A stretch of DNA of 64,000 nucleotides. Origin: the human T2T-CHM13v2.0 reference genome, Homo sapiens. The notes beneath the pieces are model-generated. The model saw only the letters and a program-made list of their open reading frames with translations, was not told where the DNA came from and searched no databases. The stretch lies in NCBI RefSeq assembly GCF_009914755.1, contig NC_060947.1, one strand, 5' to 3'. Below, one piece after another: positions 28,703-48,650 of the stretch. Numbering within the stretch: position 1 is the stretch's first letter; each line of letters opens with the position of its first letter. Made by a program: the position numbers and the translations under genes.

Positions 28703-30717
28703 AATCTACCAGGAGTACCCAGATAAAGGGCATCTACCTTAATATATTGTTCACTATGGGAATACAAAGGAAATAAAATTCACTCAATCAAAATAGCATT
28801 ATCAAAATGGCAAAGGCACAGTATCAGGAAAAATAGATGTTATATAGAGAAAATGCAAAATTTAGCATGTAATTGTACTGTGTCACATTATACCAGCATC
28901 AACAAAACCCAGCACCAAGTGTTTAGCTCTGACACCTCACTACCTCTCTGGATTTTTTTGCATGGGGCAGCACCCCACTCAGAATATAAAGGCACAGTCA
29001 GATGTCCAGGCCTGCATTTCTGTTTAAGCAAAGCAGCACAGTGTAACAGAGGCAGACACAGTGATAACTACTCAGAAGTCACTTCTGGGTCTCCTAGAAA
29101 AATGAGCTAGGTTTACTGCCCAGACATCCAAAGGGAGCTCTCCCTTAGTGTTTGGTGGGTTTGGGGGATGGAATGAAGAGAAAGACAGAGAAAGGAAGAT
29201 TTAACTAACTTCTAGTGAACCTAGATGAGATTCTAGGGTGGTCTGCATCTCAGAAAGCCAGCCAATTAAGGAACTGGCTCTGGGGGTAAAGGTGCCTACA
29301 TCTTCATCCTCAGCCGAGGAGTTATTAATGGAGGCTGTGCTACAAAAGAAAAAGACCGTGTGGCAAGATGGGAAGGGAGGCATCAACATTTGCTGGGCCA
29401 CTTGCCCCCTCCCCTCACAGCTGACCATCCCTCTCATCCTCTTTCTCACTCTCCCTTTTTGGTCTTCCCTCTTCTCCGTGGCTGGGGGATGAGTGGGTCA
29501 CTGGAAGGTAGGGTCTCTCCAGCCTAGTAACTTTTGAGGTGTGTGCCTCTAGGAATGAGAGGGGAAAAGCTGATTTACTCACTTAAAGCTTCCAGGTAGC
29601 GGAAAGTTCATTTCTCTGTGGCTTTGGGATTGCACTCTTGCTTTGGGCTAAAACCTTGTGAAGCAAAGACAGCTGAGGGGAAAGGACAAGAAGCTACATG
29701 GAGTTCTCCACCTTAATGCTGGAACCAGAGAGGAAGGAGCTCCAGTGGCTCCAGATGTGCATCAAGGCAGTAAGCTTGCCATCTGCCTGATGGAAAGTAC
29801 AGCTTTTGGCATCTGTAGAACTCTAATTTCAATAGGGTCTTCAGTGCTTAACAGGATATATGTGATAGGCAGTGATTTCTGTGCGATCAGAGAGGGTCAC
29901 AGTAGTATTGGGACAAGAAGCAAAACATTGATGGACTAACCCTCCAGAGGAGTAAGATAATTCCCAAGAAGCATTCTGCGTCATAGGGAGGTGCTCGCTA
30001 CAGCCAGGCCTGTGACAGGTCGACGTGGGGTATGTCCAAAGAGGGAGCTTTGTGTAAGTGCTCTGCATGTTACTATCACCCAAGGAGAAAGCATCAGGGG
30101 CCCCCAGGGACACAGGGAAGATGTTTCAAGGGGTGATAGGCTGATTGGAGAACTGGCTGTGCAGAAATTTTCTTGGAGACCCAGAATTTTCACTTCCACC
30201 GCCTCTTTTAGGATCCCTTGCAAAGCTTAGAGCAACAACCAAATAATTGCGGCATCTATCTAGGCTCATAAAACCTAAAGGCCAATCTTTAGGTCAAATC
30301 ATCTGAATGTTTCCATTAGAATTACTTTATTTGGTTGAGGGAAATGACAATTTTCTAGTTGCTCCAACAAAATGTTTTTGCTTTCTCCCTTCTAAAGCAC
30401 ATTGTCCAAAGTTAAAGATTTTGCAATTTTACAGCAGTGCAAATGTTTTCGATAGTTTTAATAGAGGAAATGCTGGGTTTCTGGGTGCTGGCAGTGACTA
30501 CGTGGAAGGTTAAGCATTCATGGCATTTATTTCATTCAAATAATTATGTTTTAATTTGCATTTCTAAGGCTATTTTGCTTAATAAATTCTTATTTTGCTT
30601 AATAAATTCTTAGTTTGCTTAATACTTATTTTGCTTAATACAAGTGGTCACAGTAAAAAGATCACTACATAGAATTAATACAGCTATTAGCAATTATCAT
30701 TTAAAACGCTGATGCTT

Positions 30718-31364
<647 letters not shown>

Positions 31365-31818
31365 CTAAACTCTTCTCCCTTTGGTGCCAGACTTCTAAAA
31401 GTTAGGACCTGTGTGATGCCATGGGTAGTATGTCAAAGGGGTAAAATCAACTTGGCTATGGCCACAGGGCCCTGGGCATGGGAAGGCCTGGGAGGTAATA
31501 CCTATGGCTGTAACTGCCAATCTTCAGGTGGTTATTACTGGATTGTCTTACATCTTTGAACTGAGACCAGAGGGAAACATATTGTATCTACTTAGTTTCT
31601 AAAATTTCAGATAAGGTAATGTTATTTGTGTTTGCCAATCCACGATTTCATGTGAAATGAATTGATTGATGACTTAATAGATGCACCCAGTAAAAGTTGA
31701 TGATAAATAATATTGTACCAACCCAACTACCCCAGCCAAGGAGACTACCTCCCTATTCCTAATTCCACTCCCTCCCTCATCCTGCTTATGGTCAATTGAC
31801 TTAGTGACTTAGAATCAA

Positions 31819-32000
31819 CCAGTGGTTCTCAATCCTGGCTACACATTAGAATCACCTAGGGCTCTTTTAAAAACACCAAAGCCCATGCCGTTTCCTGAAG
31901 CAAATGAATTAGAATCTCTAAGGATGGAGCCAGGACCATCTGTAATTTTTTAAAAAGCTCACCAGGTGATTCTGATGCACAGTGACAGTTGTGATTCACT
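31819..32000. mobile_element. MER5-family DNA transposon fossil
   Basis: cagtggttctcaatcctggctacacattagaatcacct...caggtgattctgatgcac. Confidence 0.72.
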
Positions 32001-32697
32001 TGATAGGAGTATAGTGCCCATGAGGCCATTAAAAGCTGTGAGCAAGTCAACTGCTGCTATTTCATGGCCAGAAAATGGGTTCCTGAATTCCTGGTCTAAT
32101 TTCTTCATGAGCGGGATTAAGGGAGAGGACAAAGATGGTTCAATAAAAATCCATCATCCACTCCCCTGCTCCTGCTGAAAAAATTCTCTCTAGCACACAA
32201 TTCTTTCTGGTGAGATCACATTCTATTATATCCCAGCAGAGTATTCCTCTCAGCTGTCAACATTTCCTCACCACTTACACATCCCTGCTCAGAATACAGA
32301 GAAGCTTAAACAAGCCTTCTAAATAATTAAAAACAATTGAATACCATTGGGCCTTTAGAGTGAATTATTTTCAACAGTTTCATTGGAGATGTAGAAAGTG
32401 AGAAAATACCGCTTTGCTATGAACTGGAAAGTGACTTGGTACTTTCCTCTTGCATACCCAGCCAGAAGAATGTTTCAGTGAGTGACCACAGTTTTGTGCC
32501 TAGACAGCTTCTTTGATGAGGCAAAAGACTGGAAGACCCTCTGAAAGTTATACACTGGACTTGTATTAGTCAAAATAATTAGATTTTCCTAAAATAAGCT
32601 AATATTTGTATCTAATTAAAGAGCCACGCGAGAAATCATTAAGCTGACTTAAGGTAAGAGACAAGTATTATCTGAGCTTGAAATTGCAAAAGTTTTA

Positions 32698-32913
<216 letters not shown>

Positions 32914-33443
32914 TTATTCAGAGGACCATAGAGTGCAAGCCCTGTCCTGGGTACTATGAGTTTAACAGTATCCAAAAGGAAAGAGATTAGAAATATAGAG
33001 ATAGATAAGGAGAGAAATAGCATTGAGCCTTTTGGCTTAAAATTTAGGTTCACAAAACCTAAGCTGGCTCAAGTTTACCACCTTTCAGACCAGAAAGAAA
33101 GAGCTGTCTAATTTTACAAATAGTGAAAGCAGGTTAACAAGATAATTATTTAACTTGAGAACAACCTTTTCCTTAGCACTTTACCAGCACTTAACAGCAA
33201 GCTAACAGAACATGGTAGTTGCAAACAAATCTGATCAATTCACTGAAGTGAGTTCCATAAGATTTCTACTTTTCAAAACTAGCTGACATATGACTTGAAG
33301 CATTTCTCACATTAGAAAGTAATATAACTGTAGGTCTTTCCAAAATTCTGCAGTTTATTCTTTTCAAATTAACCTCTTCATAATTGGTCTAAATTAATGA
33401 GTTTATATACACTAATGTATCCCTCCTGACAAAAGCTTTAACC

Positions 33444-33732
33444 AGGCTGAGAGCAGTGGCCTATAATCCCAACACTTTGTGAGGCTCAGGCAGGAGGATC
33501 ACTTGAGCCCAGGAGTTCAAGACCAGCCTGGGCAACACAGTGAGACCCATCTCTACAAAAAATTTTAAAAATTACCTGGGCATGGTGGCGCACACCTATA
33601 GTGCCTATAGTCGCAGCTACTATGGCGGGGATGAAGGGGAAGGATCGTTTGAGCCTGGGAGGTTGACACTACAGTGAGCTGTGATTGCACCACTGCACTC
33701 CAGCCAGGAAGACAGAGTGAGAACCTGTCTCA

Positions 33733-33760
<28 letters not shown>
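33444..33760 (+). mobile_element. AluJ-like SINE
   Basis: Long A-tail; target-site duplication aaaagctttaa. Confidence 0.88.
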
Positions 33761-33763
<3 letters not shown>

Positions 33764-34294
33764 TTAATAAAGGTGGGCTTTACCCCTCTATGTTCCTGTC
33801 CCCATGTAAATACTAATGATGAAAAAGAAAAGACCTTTAAAGCAAAGAGTTAAACACCTCCTCGCACAGTCCTTCAACAAATTTAGTAAGCACTTAAAAG
33901 TATAGGAGCTTAGACATATCTCTTGATATATGAATTTGGTATGTTTCCTTGAGTCAGTTTTCTGCAGGTTTGATAAGAGGGGAGAAAGGCATCATCCCAT
34001 CATCTCTTATCCACATGTGGTAGTTAGCCTAGTTTACCACATCACATTTTATAACTTACAGGTAGGTGCCACACCAAACCAAATCAATATGTAGAAATCC
34101 AAACATCAAACACAGAAAGGGAACTTGTTGTGTACTGATACAGAAAAGTGCCCAGAAATAAAATGTTAAATGAAAAAAACAGTATTTAAGTTTGATTCCA
34201 TTTATAAAAATATATATACATATTGATAGGTATAAAATATCTGTAAAGATAGTCACTCAACTCTTACCCCAGTGATTACCTTTAGGTATTTTTT

Positions 34295-34508
34295 TAAGCT
34301 ATGAGGATGCAAAGGCATAAGAATGATACAATGGACTTTGGGGACTCTGAGGGAAAGGGTGGGAAGGGGATGAGGGATAAAATACTATGAACTGGGTTAC
34401 AGTGCACCAAAATCTCACAAATCACCACCAGATAACTTACTCATGTAAACAAATACCACCTGTTCCCCCCAAACCTATGGAAATAAAAAATTAAAAATAA
34501 AATAAAAT
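34295..34508 (+). mobile_element. L1 3'UTR fragment (L1PB/L1MA-like)
   Basis: gctatgaggatgcaaaggcataagaatgatacaatggactttgggg...cctatggaaataaaaa. Confidence 0.8.
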
Positions 34509-34628
34509 GACTTACTCCTTATTTCTCAACCAATTTCGTGGAGCCTTGCTTTAGAATATTGAGGGCAGGATTTGTTTTGCAGATTCTCTCTATGTTCATG
34601 ACTTTGCACAACACCCCCGCACACACAC

Positions 34629-34915
34629 TTTTGAGACAGGGTCTCACTCTGTCACCCAGGCTAGAGTGTAGTGGCGTGATCTTGACTCACTACAGCCTCC
34701 ATGCCTGGGCTCCAAGTGATCCTCCCACCTCAGCTTCCTGAGTAGCTGGGATGTCAGCACATGACACCACACCCAGCTGTGTTTTTGTATTTTTAGTAAA
34801 GATGGAGTTTCAGCATGTTGCCTAAGTTGGTCTTGAACTCCTGAGCTCAAGCAATCCACCTGCCTTGGCCTCCTAGAGTGCTGGGATTATAAACAAGAGC
34901 CACCGCACCTGGCCT
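34629..34915 (-). mobile_element. AluJ-like SINE
   Basis: Antisense Alu. Confidence 0.88.
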
Positions 34916-35064
34916 GCACAAACCCTTTAAGAGCATAAAAGCAGGGCACGTTTGTATAAATACAAAGCAAGTCTTTTTCCCTGAAGAGTCCTCCTGCCTT
35001 GATTAATGTTCCCAAAGAGAGGGGGAGCTGCATGTTGGCAAAGTTCCCAATAGAAACCTAATCA

Positions 35065-35406
<342 letters not shown>

Positions 35407-36213
35407 TCAAACAGAGAAGGCCCCCCTTTTTTGGGCCCTCCCTATAGCTTGGCAAGGCAGGAGTTCCTTGGGTAGTAAAGAAGCTGTACTTAAAAGTGGG
35501 CCCTTCCCTTGTCCATCCCTGGTGCCATCTGCAAATCAGAGTAGGACAACGCTTGCCAGGTGGGCTGGGAAAATCCCAAGGATGCCAGAGGCTCAGGCCA
35601 TTGATGCCATTCCTCTAACTCCTAGAAAAATCTTTGAAAAATCTTTGAAAAATCCTAGAAAAGTATTTGTTACTTCATAGTCCCTCACACAAGTGTGTGG
35701 TTACATAAGTGTGGTTACAGGAATATAAAAGATTTTTCCAAGGATGGAGTGTGAAGGTCCAAAGGTTTTGGGAGACATTCGTGCCCAAAAGATCGCCTAG
35801 CTCTAAATTCTTAGATATTTCAGATGAGCGAAGAGACATTTATGGCAAATTAAGATTTCAGGCTGAGAGACTGAACATAGTGCTCTACGAATGAGTTGGC
35901 TTTAAAAATCCACATGGTGTTAGGGAGGGGCTTAATACATGTAAAAGTATTTTGAGAAAAGCATAAAATTCCATCCAAATGTAAGGTGTGCAGAGGGTGA
36001 GGAAGAGGGAATGGGGAAATGGTCATGTGTCTACTATGGAATGTAGATGGATGTCCAGAGGGGGATCCCATTAGGAAAGGGAAGGCTCAAAATTAACTAC
36101 CTCCAAATCTATTAAATCTAGAATGGGGCACTATTTTGCTCCCAAACTCATAAACCAGCCCTATCAAAGCCACAATTCAGTAAAAGACTAGAATAGACTT
36201 TAATGCCCATTCA

Positions 36214-39522
<3,309 letters not shown>

Positions 39523-39911
39523 TCACTTCCTAAAATAAGAATACTGTGCCCTGGCCCAGTGGTACCTATTTGCTACTAAATTTCCTAGTATGAGGAAGCA
39601 GCTATTTGGAAGACAGAGGGCAACATGGTCACTATTAGGTTTCTGCAGTTGGATATTTTTAAGCCAAAGAGAAATCCTAGTTCTAGAAACTGACTCCAGG
39701 GTTGGCTTATCACCTTTTTACCAATAGTCTGGTCCACCATTCAGTGTGAGACACATCAGAAGGCAAATTTTGAACCTGTAACAATGACTACCTGTGGGGA
39801 AACTGACTGGGGAAGGAGGAATTGAATTTTTTACTTTCTAATTAGCATTTCTATTTTCTACATAATATTTATCTGAACTACCTGAAATTTCATATCATGT
39901 GCATGTATTGC

Positions 39912-40302
39912 TTTTTTTTTTTTTTTGAGACAGAATCTCGTTCTGTCGCCCAGGCTGGAGTGAAATTGAAAATTAAATTGAAAATTAATTATGGTTCTAT
40001 TTTACACTCTACCCAAAGACAAATTTCACACTTTGAATTCATACATCATACCAGGCTGCAGTGGCGCGATCTCGGCTCACTGCAACCTCTGACTCCTGGG
40101 TTCAAGCAATTCTCCTGCCTCAGCCTCCTGAGTAGCTGGGATTACAGACACATGCCACCACGTCCAGATAACTTTTGTATTTTTAGTAGAGACGGGGTTT
40201 CCCCATGTTGGTCAGGCTGGTCTGGAACTCCTGACCTTGTGATCCACCTGCCTCGGCCTCCCAAAGTGCTGGGATTACAGGCATGAGCCACCGTGCTTGG
40301 CC
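39912..40302 (-). mobile_element. AluS-like SINE interrupted by an ~88-bp non-Alu insert
   Basis: The Alu breaks after caggctggagtg (39962) and resumes with ccaggctgcagtgg (40051). Confidence 0.88.
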
Positions 40303-40769
40303 ATGTTGCTTTTTTTTTTTTAAGAAGGGGTCAATAGGAGTTATCTGGGAGGCAAGATTATGGCCCCCTTTTCTTCTTTTTTTCTACCCTCTTACATTAA
40401 AACAATCCTAGTTGTTTTTATTTCCAAGATGCAGATTGGAGGCATTGTTAGCATGTCTCTCCCACTTGGAAAGACAAATAGCATGTAGATATTCATGCTG
40501 TGAGCTTTTTCCAAGAAGCAACACAGGAACTTAACAGAAAGAGTGAAAGAAACCACAGACCCTTTGAAAGAAGTGATGGGCAGCAGCCTACACTGTGAAC
40601 CAGATGGAAAACTCCCCATAGGAGACAGTGAACCTGCGCACACACCCAGCACATCACTACTACAGTCAGCATCTGAGAAAGCCATCACACAAAGATACTC
40701 TGCAACCAAGGAACTCATACAGAGTCTTCAAAACTGAAAGCACCCAGAGCTGAAGCCAGGTGACAATAA

Positions 40770-41835
40770 ACTATAATAATCCATTAAAAAGTGGGCAAAG
40801 GATATGAATAAACAATTCTCAAAAGAAGATATACAAATGGACAACAAACATATGAAAAATGCTCAATGTCACTAATCACGAGGGAAATGCAAATTGAAAC
40901 ACAACGCGATATCATCTTACCTCAGCCAGAATGGCCATTATTACAAAGTCAAAAAACAATAGATGTTGGGATGAATGTGATAAAAAGAGCATACTTATAC
41001 ACCGCTGCTGGGAATGTAAATTAGTGCAACCTCTGTGGAAAACAGTATGGAAATTTCCCAAAGAACTAAAAATAGATCTATGATTCAATCCAGCAATCCC
41101 ACTACTGAGTATCTACCCAAAGGAAAAGAAGTCATTATATCAAAAAGACACCTGCACACATATGTTTATTGAAGCACAATTCACAATTGCAAGGATATGG
41201 AATCAACCTAAGTGCCCATCAACCTATGAGTAGATAAAGAAAATGTCAAGCACATGCTAGTAGTTGTACAGATTACTCCTCTCCTTTCTTCTAGTACTTT
41301 TCTAAGGAACTCACTTTGATCCCCAGATGGAAGGGTCCCTCGCTGCCTTTCTTCCCTCACTATCTGCTGCATCCCTAGCTCCATCTAGGGGTTTCATACC
41401 CAGCATACGGCGCTGAGAATAGCTGACTGTGCTCCAAACCACTTTCATGATATGGAAAATCAACTAAAGAAAATGTGATACTACTCAGGCATAACAAAGA
41501 ATGAAATAATGTCTTTTGTAGCAACCTGGATGAAACTGGAGGCCAATATTCTAAGTGAAGTAACCCAGGAATCGAAAACCAAATACCACATGTTCTCCCT
41601 TATAAATGGGAGCTAAGCTATGGGTATGCAAAGGCATACAGAGTGGTATATTAGACACTGAAGACTCAGAAAGTGGGAAGGGTAGGAGGGGGTGAGGAAT
41701 GAAAAACTACATAATGGGTACAATGTACATTACTCTAATGACAGGTGCACTAAAATCCTAGACTTCACCACTATACAATCCATCTGTGTAACCAAAAACC
41801 ACTTGTACCCCTAAAGCTATTGAAATAAAAACATT
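40770..41835 (+). mobile_element. L1MA/L1PB-like LINE 3' fragment carrying a locally templated insert
   Basis: L1 ORF2-end/3'UTR text ending cccctaaagctattgaaataaaa; interrupted at 41247-41464. Confidence 0.88.
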
Positions 41836-42181
41836 TTTTTAAACCGATCATATGTAATACACATGCAAAGAAATTCTTGGAATGCCTTAAGAATTGCATT
41901 GGTCCACAGGCTTCAGGTCAAGCACAAGGTAGTAGTTGTACAGATTACTCCTCTCCTTTCTTCTAGTTCTAAGGAACTCACTTTGATCCCCAGATGGAAG
42001 GGCCCCTTGTGCCTTTCTTCCCTCACTATCTGCTGCATCCTTAGCTCCATCCAGTAGTTTCATATCCAGCATACAGCGCTGATAATAGCTGACTATGCTC
42101 CAAACCACTTCCATGATATGGAAAATCAACTAAAGTATCTGCCACCATGGATACTGACTCAGTTCTATCCTCTGTGTGTAA

Positions 42182-42618
<437 letters not shown>

Positions 42619-43401
42619 TTAGTATTCATGGGAAAACGTGTTTAGGAATGTCCTGTCTTTGGACCCACATGTGAAATCCTTTGTGGCAAAAACGTAACAT
42701 AACTATTCAACTTAATTTGAGGAACTGGAATTTTTTTATCAAATACTGCTAGAAATCAGCTTGCCATCAACTGGAGCCAACATCCACATATGCACCCACA
42801 TAAACACACAGAGAGATTTTCACTCTGGTGATATTTGTTGTTTGGGGATTTGATAGGTGTTGGCTGCCAAGGACATCTGTCTGCAGCTGCATAAACCCTC
42901 TTTGTCCAAGGATGTGGGCAATAGTATCATTATTAACACAGACATTTTCTCTCTACAGGAAGAGAAAGGCAACTTTAAAAAAATGATTTTTTGGCCAATT
43001 CTATTATTCCTTTCTGGTTCTGCTGCTGAGGAAGAATGCTGAAGGGGAAATCAGTGGTTGTCCTCTCATATCTGGGCTCACTGAGGAACTCAGCATGTAC
43101 GTTAGCCTCGGAGAGGATGAAACAAATTCACAAACAAAACACCTCTCTTGTTGGAAATTCATTTACATAAAATAAGAATCCAGGTATGATCCTTTACCTG
43201 AACCCCACACAAGTGGCAATTGTATTACTTTGGCAGTTTAGATGGAGAAGCCTGGACAACATTTTCTGCATATAAAATTGAAAGCTCTCTGAAGACCAAG
43301 GGCAGCAGTCTTGGGTAGTTCTTGGGTATAGCTCCTATCAACATAGCACTGTGCAATGAAGTCTGTCATACATGTTTCTGGGTGAGGGTGAAGATATGCT
43401 A

Positions 43402-43632
<231 letters not shown>

Positions 43633-43653
43633 TTAAAGATGGACGTTATTTCA

Positions 43654-43845
<192 letters not shown>

Positions 43846-45135
43846 TCATTGGGCCTGACAACAATCATGCCCTCGGCCATATTGGGATTCTCCGATTTGC
43901 TTCACCAGACCTGTGAGTCAAATTCAAATCCTTTTTGGCTTCTTTTCAGGGAATGTAATGAAAGCATGAATTATCTCTTTCCAGATCAAAAGAAGAAAAA
44001 GAATTGGGGTTTTGTTGGGAGGGAAAGGAGAAAAAGCTGAAAGGTTCAGCCCTTACACTGGATGGGCTGAAGTTGGTTTAGTATAAATAAGGTTTTCTGA
44101 TAATTACAATACAGCTCTGGAAATGTCAGCATAGCACTGCACTGAACAGTGTCCGGAATTTGCTTAGTGTAAGCCTTTATGGCATGCATGTAAAGACAAA
44201 CATGTAACTCTTTACACTCCCACTCAAAGTGCCTGTGCAAACAGACACAGCTCATAATAATTTATTTTTGAGTAAACGTGGTCAGATTGGCCTGGATTCA
44301 AAATCTCTTCATCATTTACTTGCTGCGTGACCTTGGGCAAGTTATTCTCTGAATCACTGTGTCTACATCAATAAATAAGGGACCAGGAGAAACCTCCTGT
44401 GGGACTTGTAGATCTAAGAAATTACAGAGCAGGGAGAAAGTGGTAGTAGTCCCTGTGTCATAAATGATCCTGGATCTTTTTTATGTTCATCCACATGTCA
44501 GAGAGAGAGTCACAGGGAAGAAGTGGATGCTCTGGCCTTCTCAGAGGGTAATGCCCGGGCTTTTTCTCAACTAGGCTATACAGAAAGAAGAAAGTTAGAA
44601 GGGTCATACTGCTTCCCTCAGCCAACCTTCTCCATCTCCCAGGTTTGTGGTGAGGTATTCAGGGGATAATGCATGTATAGGGTTTGGCACCTAGTAATTG
44701 GTCACCCCTTCTTTGACACCAAACTAACAAGGTACTCTCAAGGCCACCAGAGGGCTTCCCTCTGCCGCCCTGCTCCTCCACCTGTTCTTTCAACTCGTAT
44801 TTTGTCTAAAACCTAAAGTGAAATTGAGATGCCTAAGCTAGAGGCAAGATGGTGGGATGAAAAAAGTGTTGAGCTGGAAGTCAGAAGACTGGATTCTGGC
44901 CCTAGCTCTGCTATCACCTGGGTGTTTGACTTTGGGTAAGTATCTGAAATTATTTGTGCTTTAATGCCCTTCTCTGTAAAATGTTTGTACTATACAATCT
45001 TTTAGTCACTTCACCTCTGATTTACAGTCTCTTCCTTTCAGCCCAGAATCACTGGCGAATTCAGTTTTTGATCAAAGTGAGTTTTATAGACAACTGACAC
45101 ATCGTTTTAAACACTAAACACTAACATTTTTTAAC

Positions 45136-45424
<289 letters not shown>

Positions 45425-46122
45425 CTAATCCTTAACTTTTACTAAAAGCCTTTTCCAAAAGCATTATTTCTCTATCTTTTTAAACAGGGATCACGGAAAA
45501 TAATCTACTTTTTCTAGATGACTTGGACAAATAATAAAATTATCTATTACATTGGACTATGATATAGTGTGGCCCTGAAGGACATATTGAGGTGGGCAAG
45601 GTTCTTGAGCCCCTATATTAAATGGCCCCAGATTGTTTCTGTCATTCTGTCTGCTACCAGCTGTCACTTCTCTTTGCTGTCAGGTCTGAGTCTAATCTGT
45701 GGCCATGTTTTTAACACAGTAGGTCTGCTTCCTGGAAAGTCATGTGGCATCTATTTGGAGATCTTTGGATGGGTTAACAACTAAGTTCTGGATGTTTAGG
45801 GTTGCTGAAAGCTTGATCTCCAAATAAGTGGAATAGTGCTGCAATTTGTGACTCATGGGTCTCATCTGATTAATAACTGAAAGAATCCTGATCTGGGCTA
45901 GGGTTGAATATTCTCTACAAATAGGGCTGAGTGAACTCCCAGATGTTAGCCCAATAAGCAGTTTATGGGGGTTTAAATCATTTACTGTTTCTGCTTCCTT
46001 TTAGTCCCTTCTAATATAAGTTCCACATGGATAGGAAACCACACCCAGCAGATGCAAGCTTGCTCACCCCTCTGGGGGTGTCAAGCTTAGGACAGCACCC
46101 TTGACCTTGCCAAGCTTACTTA

Positions 46123-46530
<408 letters not shown>

Positions 46531-47849
46531 TCATGAACTATTGTCCCCTTTCCTACATTTCCTGTCAATGGGCTTATTCATTAGAGGTAAGCTCCATAAT
46601 TTTACTGGTTTTCTTGCAGATGAAAACAAGAAACAGGAAGAAGTTTGGGTTACTCCTCTGCTTAGAAAGCTTTCAGGGGCACCCCATTGTCCTTGGGATG
46701 GGAACACAACCACTTAATTGAGTTTGCAAAGTCAGAGAGATTGCATGTTCTCTTGTCCTAGATCCCCTTCTTATCAACAGGACATCTGGCTGGGGTGAGA
46801 GGAACAATTGGTATCAGTGAAACCCAGCAGAGCTCTGGGATTTCTATATTGGAGGGTTGGGTGGAGGGAGGAAAATCAGGTTGGAAGAGGGCCTGTCTGC
46901 AAGGTGCATTTTCATAGACAGCACACTACCTTTTATTTATATTGACAGTTCATGGGTGCAAGACTGATGGGAGGACCCTCAGGAACTGAATGCTCTAACC
47001 TCCAGTGGGATAGTGATGGAGCCTGTAACCCTGTCCTCATTATGGCTGGCCTCCATATCTCCATACTATTTGGTTCTGGGACACCTAGTTGAATTCCTCT
47101 GTAGGATCTTCAAAATAGTCTCCTCTGGGCTTCTGGACATAGCATTTTCCATATCTCAAAGAGCCTCCCCAGAGCTCTTTCCATTTCTAAGAAGATTTCG
47201 ATTTCTGTTAGCAGAAGGCCCTTTGAAGATCAGCTGATAAACTGTCTCTGCTAGATACTAGTAGCAAACCATATATTATAATTTAGCAAGTAGACAGAAT
47301 CTCCCATTGTGTTTACCCACTAAGTTCTCTTCAGGCTAGTTTTGCAAAGTGCCAGGTATCCCCTTGGTACTTGCAGCTTTCACATGCCTTCATGGTTCCC
47401 ACCACCATTGTATGTTGATGCAGTGATAACCTTAGCTACTATCTTGGTTATGAAGATGGCACTGTCATTCCAGTGCATGGGGACTTAACGCAGTGCTAAT
47501 GAGTCAGGCTGATGACAAATCCTGCAGACCATTCAGTTTTGGATTCAGGGAGAAGACAGAGAAATAGTACAGTTGACTTTTGTGGGATCAATCACACAAA
47601 AGTAGGATTGATCCCAAGATTTCCTTTACTTCTTTGTGCAACTTTCATCTATGAATTTATATACTGCCTCTTCCTGATATCATCTAGTTAGATTATGTTA
47701 TCTACTGGAAATATAAATTTGATATCAGTGTATAGACTAAAAGCTCTTCTTTTATTGTTCTGAACATCTTTCATACCTCAGAGTGGTGTCATAGTTCTGG
47801 TCTTTTGGGGCTGGAGGATAACATCTATGCTCCCACTAACCTCACATGA

Positions 47850-48650
47850 TCTGTCTTCCTTTTATCCCTGACCACATTACCAGCCATTTCCTGCTCCAGA
47901 CACACTGCTGGTCTGCTGTTCTTCAAGCACTTCAGGCATGCTCTCCCCTTGGGGCCATTGTGCCTGCTGTTCCCTCTGCTAGGCATGCTCTTCCCCCATG
48001 TCCATGTGGCTAGCTCCCCTACTTTTTTCAGGTTTTGATTCAAAAGCCACCTTTTCATGGCCTGGTGTGGTGGGCTCACGCCTGTAATCTCAGCACTTTG
48101 GGAGGCTGAGGTACGCAGATCAACTGAGGTCAGGAGTTTGAGGCCAGCTTGGCCAACATGATGAAACTCTGTCTCTACAAAAAATACAAAACTTAGCCGG
48201 GTGTGGTGGCAGATGCCTGTAATCCCAGCTACTTGGGAGGCTGAGGCAGGAGAATCACTTCAACCTGGGAGGCGGAGGTTTCAGTGAGCTGAGATCACCC
48301 CACTGCACTCCAGCCTGGGCGACAAAGCGAGAGACTCCGTCAAAAAAAAAAAAAAAAAAAAAAGGCACCTTTTCAGTGATGTCTTCCCTGGCCAATCTAT
48401 TTAAAATGTTTGAGCCACTTCATATCCCCTTCCTTACATTGTTTTTCTCCCTGTCACTGTTCTCACTGTCTGACATACAATATGTTTTCCTTATTTAGCT
48501 TGCTTATTGTCCATGTCCCCCATTACAATATAAACTCCATGAAGAAGGGTTTTTATCTGTTCTATGTACTACTGTATTGGGGATACAGTACCTCCAACTG
48601 TGCTTGTAGTAGTTGCACAAGCACTACATGGTAGTTGCTCAAAACATGTT
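47850..48650 (+). mobile_element. L2 3' fragment split by an Alu
   Basis: L2-type text (cacactgctggtctgctgttcttcaagcac, atataaactccatgaag) on both sides of the Alu at 48059-48363. Confidence 0.55.
48059..48363 (+). mobile_element. AluS-like SINE
   Basis: Target-site duplication aaa(a)g(c/g)caccttttca. Confidence 0.92.

Noticed and set aside
47000-47250. Purine-rich, exon-like stretch on the minus strand within a KIAA1210 intron
   Set aside because: It has in-frame stops and weak splice sites, and the flanking exons already join in phase.
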